From: Deltaproteobacteria bacterium RBG_16_64_85
Lineage (GTDB): Bacteria > Desulfobacterota > Deferrimicrobia > Deferrimicrobiales > Deferrimicrobiaceae
Assembly: GCA_001798885.1 (NCBI GenBank)
Contig: MGQW01000086.1
Location: forward strand, 7,079 to 71,078
Length of the DNA: 64,000 nucleotides
Direction: 5' to 3'
Positions 62,128 through 64,000 of this stretch are shown here, piece after piece. The first letter of the stretch is position 1, and every line of letters begins with the position of its first letter. The notes under the pieces are model-generated. The model was not told the DNA's origin. It saw only the letters and a list, made by a program, of their open reading frames with translations, and searched no databases. A program made the translations under genes and the position numbers.

Positions 62128-63261
62128 ATGCGCTTCGATCTGACGGACGAACAGCAGCAAGTCCTCGATATGGTCCGGTCGCTCGCGCGGAAGTCTTTCG
62201 CGCCCAAAGCGGCGGAGATCGACGAAGCGGCCCGCTATCCGGAAGAGAACATGCGGCAGCTGGCCGAGCTGGGACTCCTCGGGATGCTCTACCCGGCGGC
62301 CTACGGAGGATCGGAGGCGGGCGCGCTGGCCTATAACGTCGCCCTCCGGGAGGTCGCCGGAGGATGCGCTTCCACGGCGGTCGGGATGGGCGTGACCAAT
62401 ATGGTCGGCGAGACCATCTGGCGGTTCGGAAACGAGGAGCAGCGAAGGAAATTCCTCCCCGGACTGGCGTCGTACGACATCCTGCTGGGGGCGTATGCTC
62501 TCACGGAGCCCTCGGCGGGATCCGATGCGGGAAGCCTGAAAACCGCCGCCGTCGAGGACGGCGACCACTACGTTCTCTCCGGGAACAAGGTCTTCGTTAC
62601 CAACGGCGCCTACGCCGGGGTGACGATTGTCATGGCGGTGACGCAGAGGGAGCCGAGGAGGATCGGCGCTTTCCTCGTGGAGCCGGGGATGCCCGGTTTT
62701 TCGGTCGGCAAAGCCGAGCACAAGATGGGGCTTACGGGATCCCACACCGTTTCCCTGACGTTCGACGAATGCCGGGTCCCGAAGCGAAACCTGCTGGGAA
62801 GCGCCGGAGACGGGTTCAAGATCGCGATGGCGGCGCTGGACGGGGGCCGCATCGGCATCGCGTCCTTGTCGATCGGGATCGCCCGGGCAGCCATTGAAAC
62901 GGCAACGGTCTACGCGAAAGACAGGAAACAGTTCGACCAGCCGATCGCAGAATTCCAGGCGGTCCAGTGGATGCTGGCCGACGCCGCAACGGAGCTGGAC
63001 GCCGCGCAGCTCCTCGCCTATCGGGCCGCGTTCCTCAAGGAGCAGGGAAGGCCGTATACACGCGATGCGTCGATGGCGAAGATGTTCGCCTCGGAAGCGG
63101 CAAACCGGGCCTGCCATAAAGCGGTCCAGATCCTGGGCGGGTACGGCTACATCCGGGAGTACCCCGTGGAACGACACCTGCGCGACGTCAAGGTCAGCAC
63201 GATCTTCGAGGGGACGTCCGAGATCCAGCGGATCGTCGTCTCTCGGGCGCTCCTGCGGTAG
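62128..63261 (+). CDS. Second acyl-CoA dehydrogenase
   Basis: [45 protein letters not shown]. Confidence 0.95.
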   Translation: MRFDLTDEQQQVLDMVRSLARKSFAPKAAEIDEAARYPEENMRQLAELGLLGMLYPAAYGGSEAGALAYNVALREVAGGCASTAVGMGVTNMVGETIWRFGNEEQRRKFLPGLASYDILLGAYALTEPSAGSDAGSLKTAAVEDGDHYVLSGNKVFVTNGAYAGVTIVMAVTQREPRRIGAFLVEPGMPGFSVGKAEHKMGLTGSHTVSLTFDECRVPKRNLLGSAGDGFKIAMAALDGGRIGIASLSIGIARAAIETATVYAKDRKQFDQPIAEFQAVQWMLADAATELDAAQLLAYRAAFLKEQGRPYTRDASMAKMFASEAANRACHKAVQILGGYGYIREYPVERHLRDVKVSTIFEGTSEIQRIVVSRALLR

Positions 63262-63268
63262 GCGGATC

Positions 63269-63808
63269 ATGAAACCGGGCAACCTCGGACAGGGATACAT
63301 CCAGGTCTACACCGGCAACGGCAAGGGGAAGACGACGGCCGCCCTCGGGCTGGCGGTCCGCGCGGCAGGGCACGGCCTTCACACCGTGATCGTCCAGTTC
63401 ATGAAGGGATGGATCGACTACGGGGAGCTCCAGGGAGCGAGGATGCTGGCCCCTTACGTGGAAATCCACCAGGCCGGCAGGGACACCTTCGTGAACCGGA
63501 AGAACCCCGATCCGGAGGACATCCGGCTGGCGTTGGACGGGTGGCGGCTGGCGAAAGGAATCCTCTTGGACGGGAAGGCGGACATCCTGGTCCTCGACGA
63601 GATCAACTGCGCGATGGACTTCGGCCTGATCCCCTGCGAGGAGGTCGTCGAGGTCCTGAGGAACAAACCGGCCGGAATGGAGGTCGTCCTCACCGGCAGG
63701 GGGGCGCCGGCGGCGGTGATCGAAATCGCGGACCTGGTGACGGAGATGAAGGAAGTCAAACATTATTACGCGAAGGGCGTCGACGCGCGAGTCGGGGTGG
63801 AGCGGTAA
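63269..63808 (+). CDS. cobO: Cob(I)alamin adenosyltransferase (CobO/BtuR type)
   Basis: QVYTGNGKGKTTAALG, VQFMKG, VLDEIN, VLTGRGA, ADLVTEM..VKHYY. Confidence 0.93.
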   Translation: MKPGNLGQGYIQVYTGNGKGKTTAALGLAVRAAGHGLHTVIVQFMKGWIDYGELQGARMLAPYVEIHQAGRDTFVNRKNPDPEDIRLALDGWRLAKGILLDGKADILVLDEINCAMDFGLIPCEEVVEVLRNKPAGMEVVLTGRGAPAAVIEIADLVTEMKEVKHYYAKGVDARVGVER

Positions 63809-63825
63809 CGCGAGGGAGGTGAACC

Positions 63826-64000
63826 GTGTACGACAGGAAAAAGACCCGGAAGATCTCGGAAGAAAAGAAGCGTTGGGAAAAAACGACCCTGAACCGGGTC
63901 CTTTCCCGTTCCCCGGAGCGTCTCTCCCGGTTCTCCACGGTGTCGGACGAGGAGATTGCCGCGCTCTATACGCCGGACCTTCTGGAATCGTTCGATTACG
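63826..64000 (+). CDS. B12-dependent acyl-CoA mutase large subunit (methylmalonyl-/isobutyryl-CoA mutase family), 5' part only
   Basis: GGGAGG SD plus GTG; MYDRKK...KRWEKTTL...PER..RFSTVSDEEIAALYTPD..ESFDY, open to the window edge; follows cobO. Confidence 0.78.
   Translation, partial: MYDRKKTRKISEEKKRWEKTTLNRVLSRSPERLSRFSTVSDEEIAALYTPDLLESFDY

Overview
High-GC bacterial core chromosome, densely coded and almost entirely on the + strand. Gene content and order resemble Deltaproteobacteria/Desulfobacterota (inference only). In order: (1) end of the spc/alpha ribosomal superoperon (rpsH 3' end, rplF-rplR-rpsE-rpmD-rplO-secY-adk-map-infA-rpmJ-rpsM-rpsK-rpsD-rpoA-rplQ). (2) The only minus-strand genes, an ATP-grasp/esterase pair. 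(3) A promoter with a Fur box leading into fur-feoB-small Cys protein-DtxR/FeoA-PEGA protein-flavoprotein-ftsB-diguanylate cyclase. (4) A degenerate cold-shock gene. (5) argS-SPOR-trpE-trpGD-trpC-trpF-trpB-trpA-accD-folC-lptD-rfbD-epimerase-lepA-lepB. (6) A PyrR-attenuated pyrR-pyrB-pyrC-carA-radical SAM-carB-recG run. (7) Aminotransferase-hom-thrC-apgM-like-glpX. (8) A 2-oxoacid:ferredoxin oxidoreductase, XRE-cupin regulator, Cys-less dehydratase homolog, MerR/LiuR-like regulator, thiolase-hbd-crt-two acyl-CoA dehydrogenases-cobO and the start of a B12 mutase. I found no rRNA, tRNA, CRISPR array or mobile element. I cannot demonstrate a wholly new system. The most notable leads are short synonymous AT-rich islands inside GC-rich genes (some sharing a 10-mer), the extended Fur-linked operon, the ATP-grasp/esterase pair, the Fe-S-less dehydratase homolog and the radical SAM gene between carA and carB. 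All protein calls come from motif recognition by eye, not database searches.
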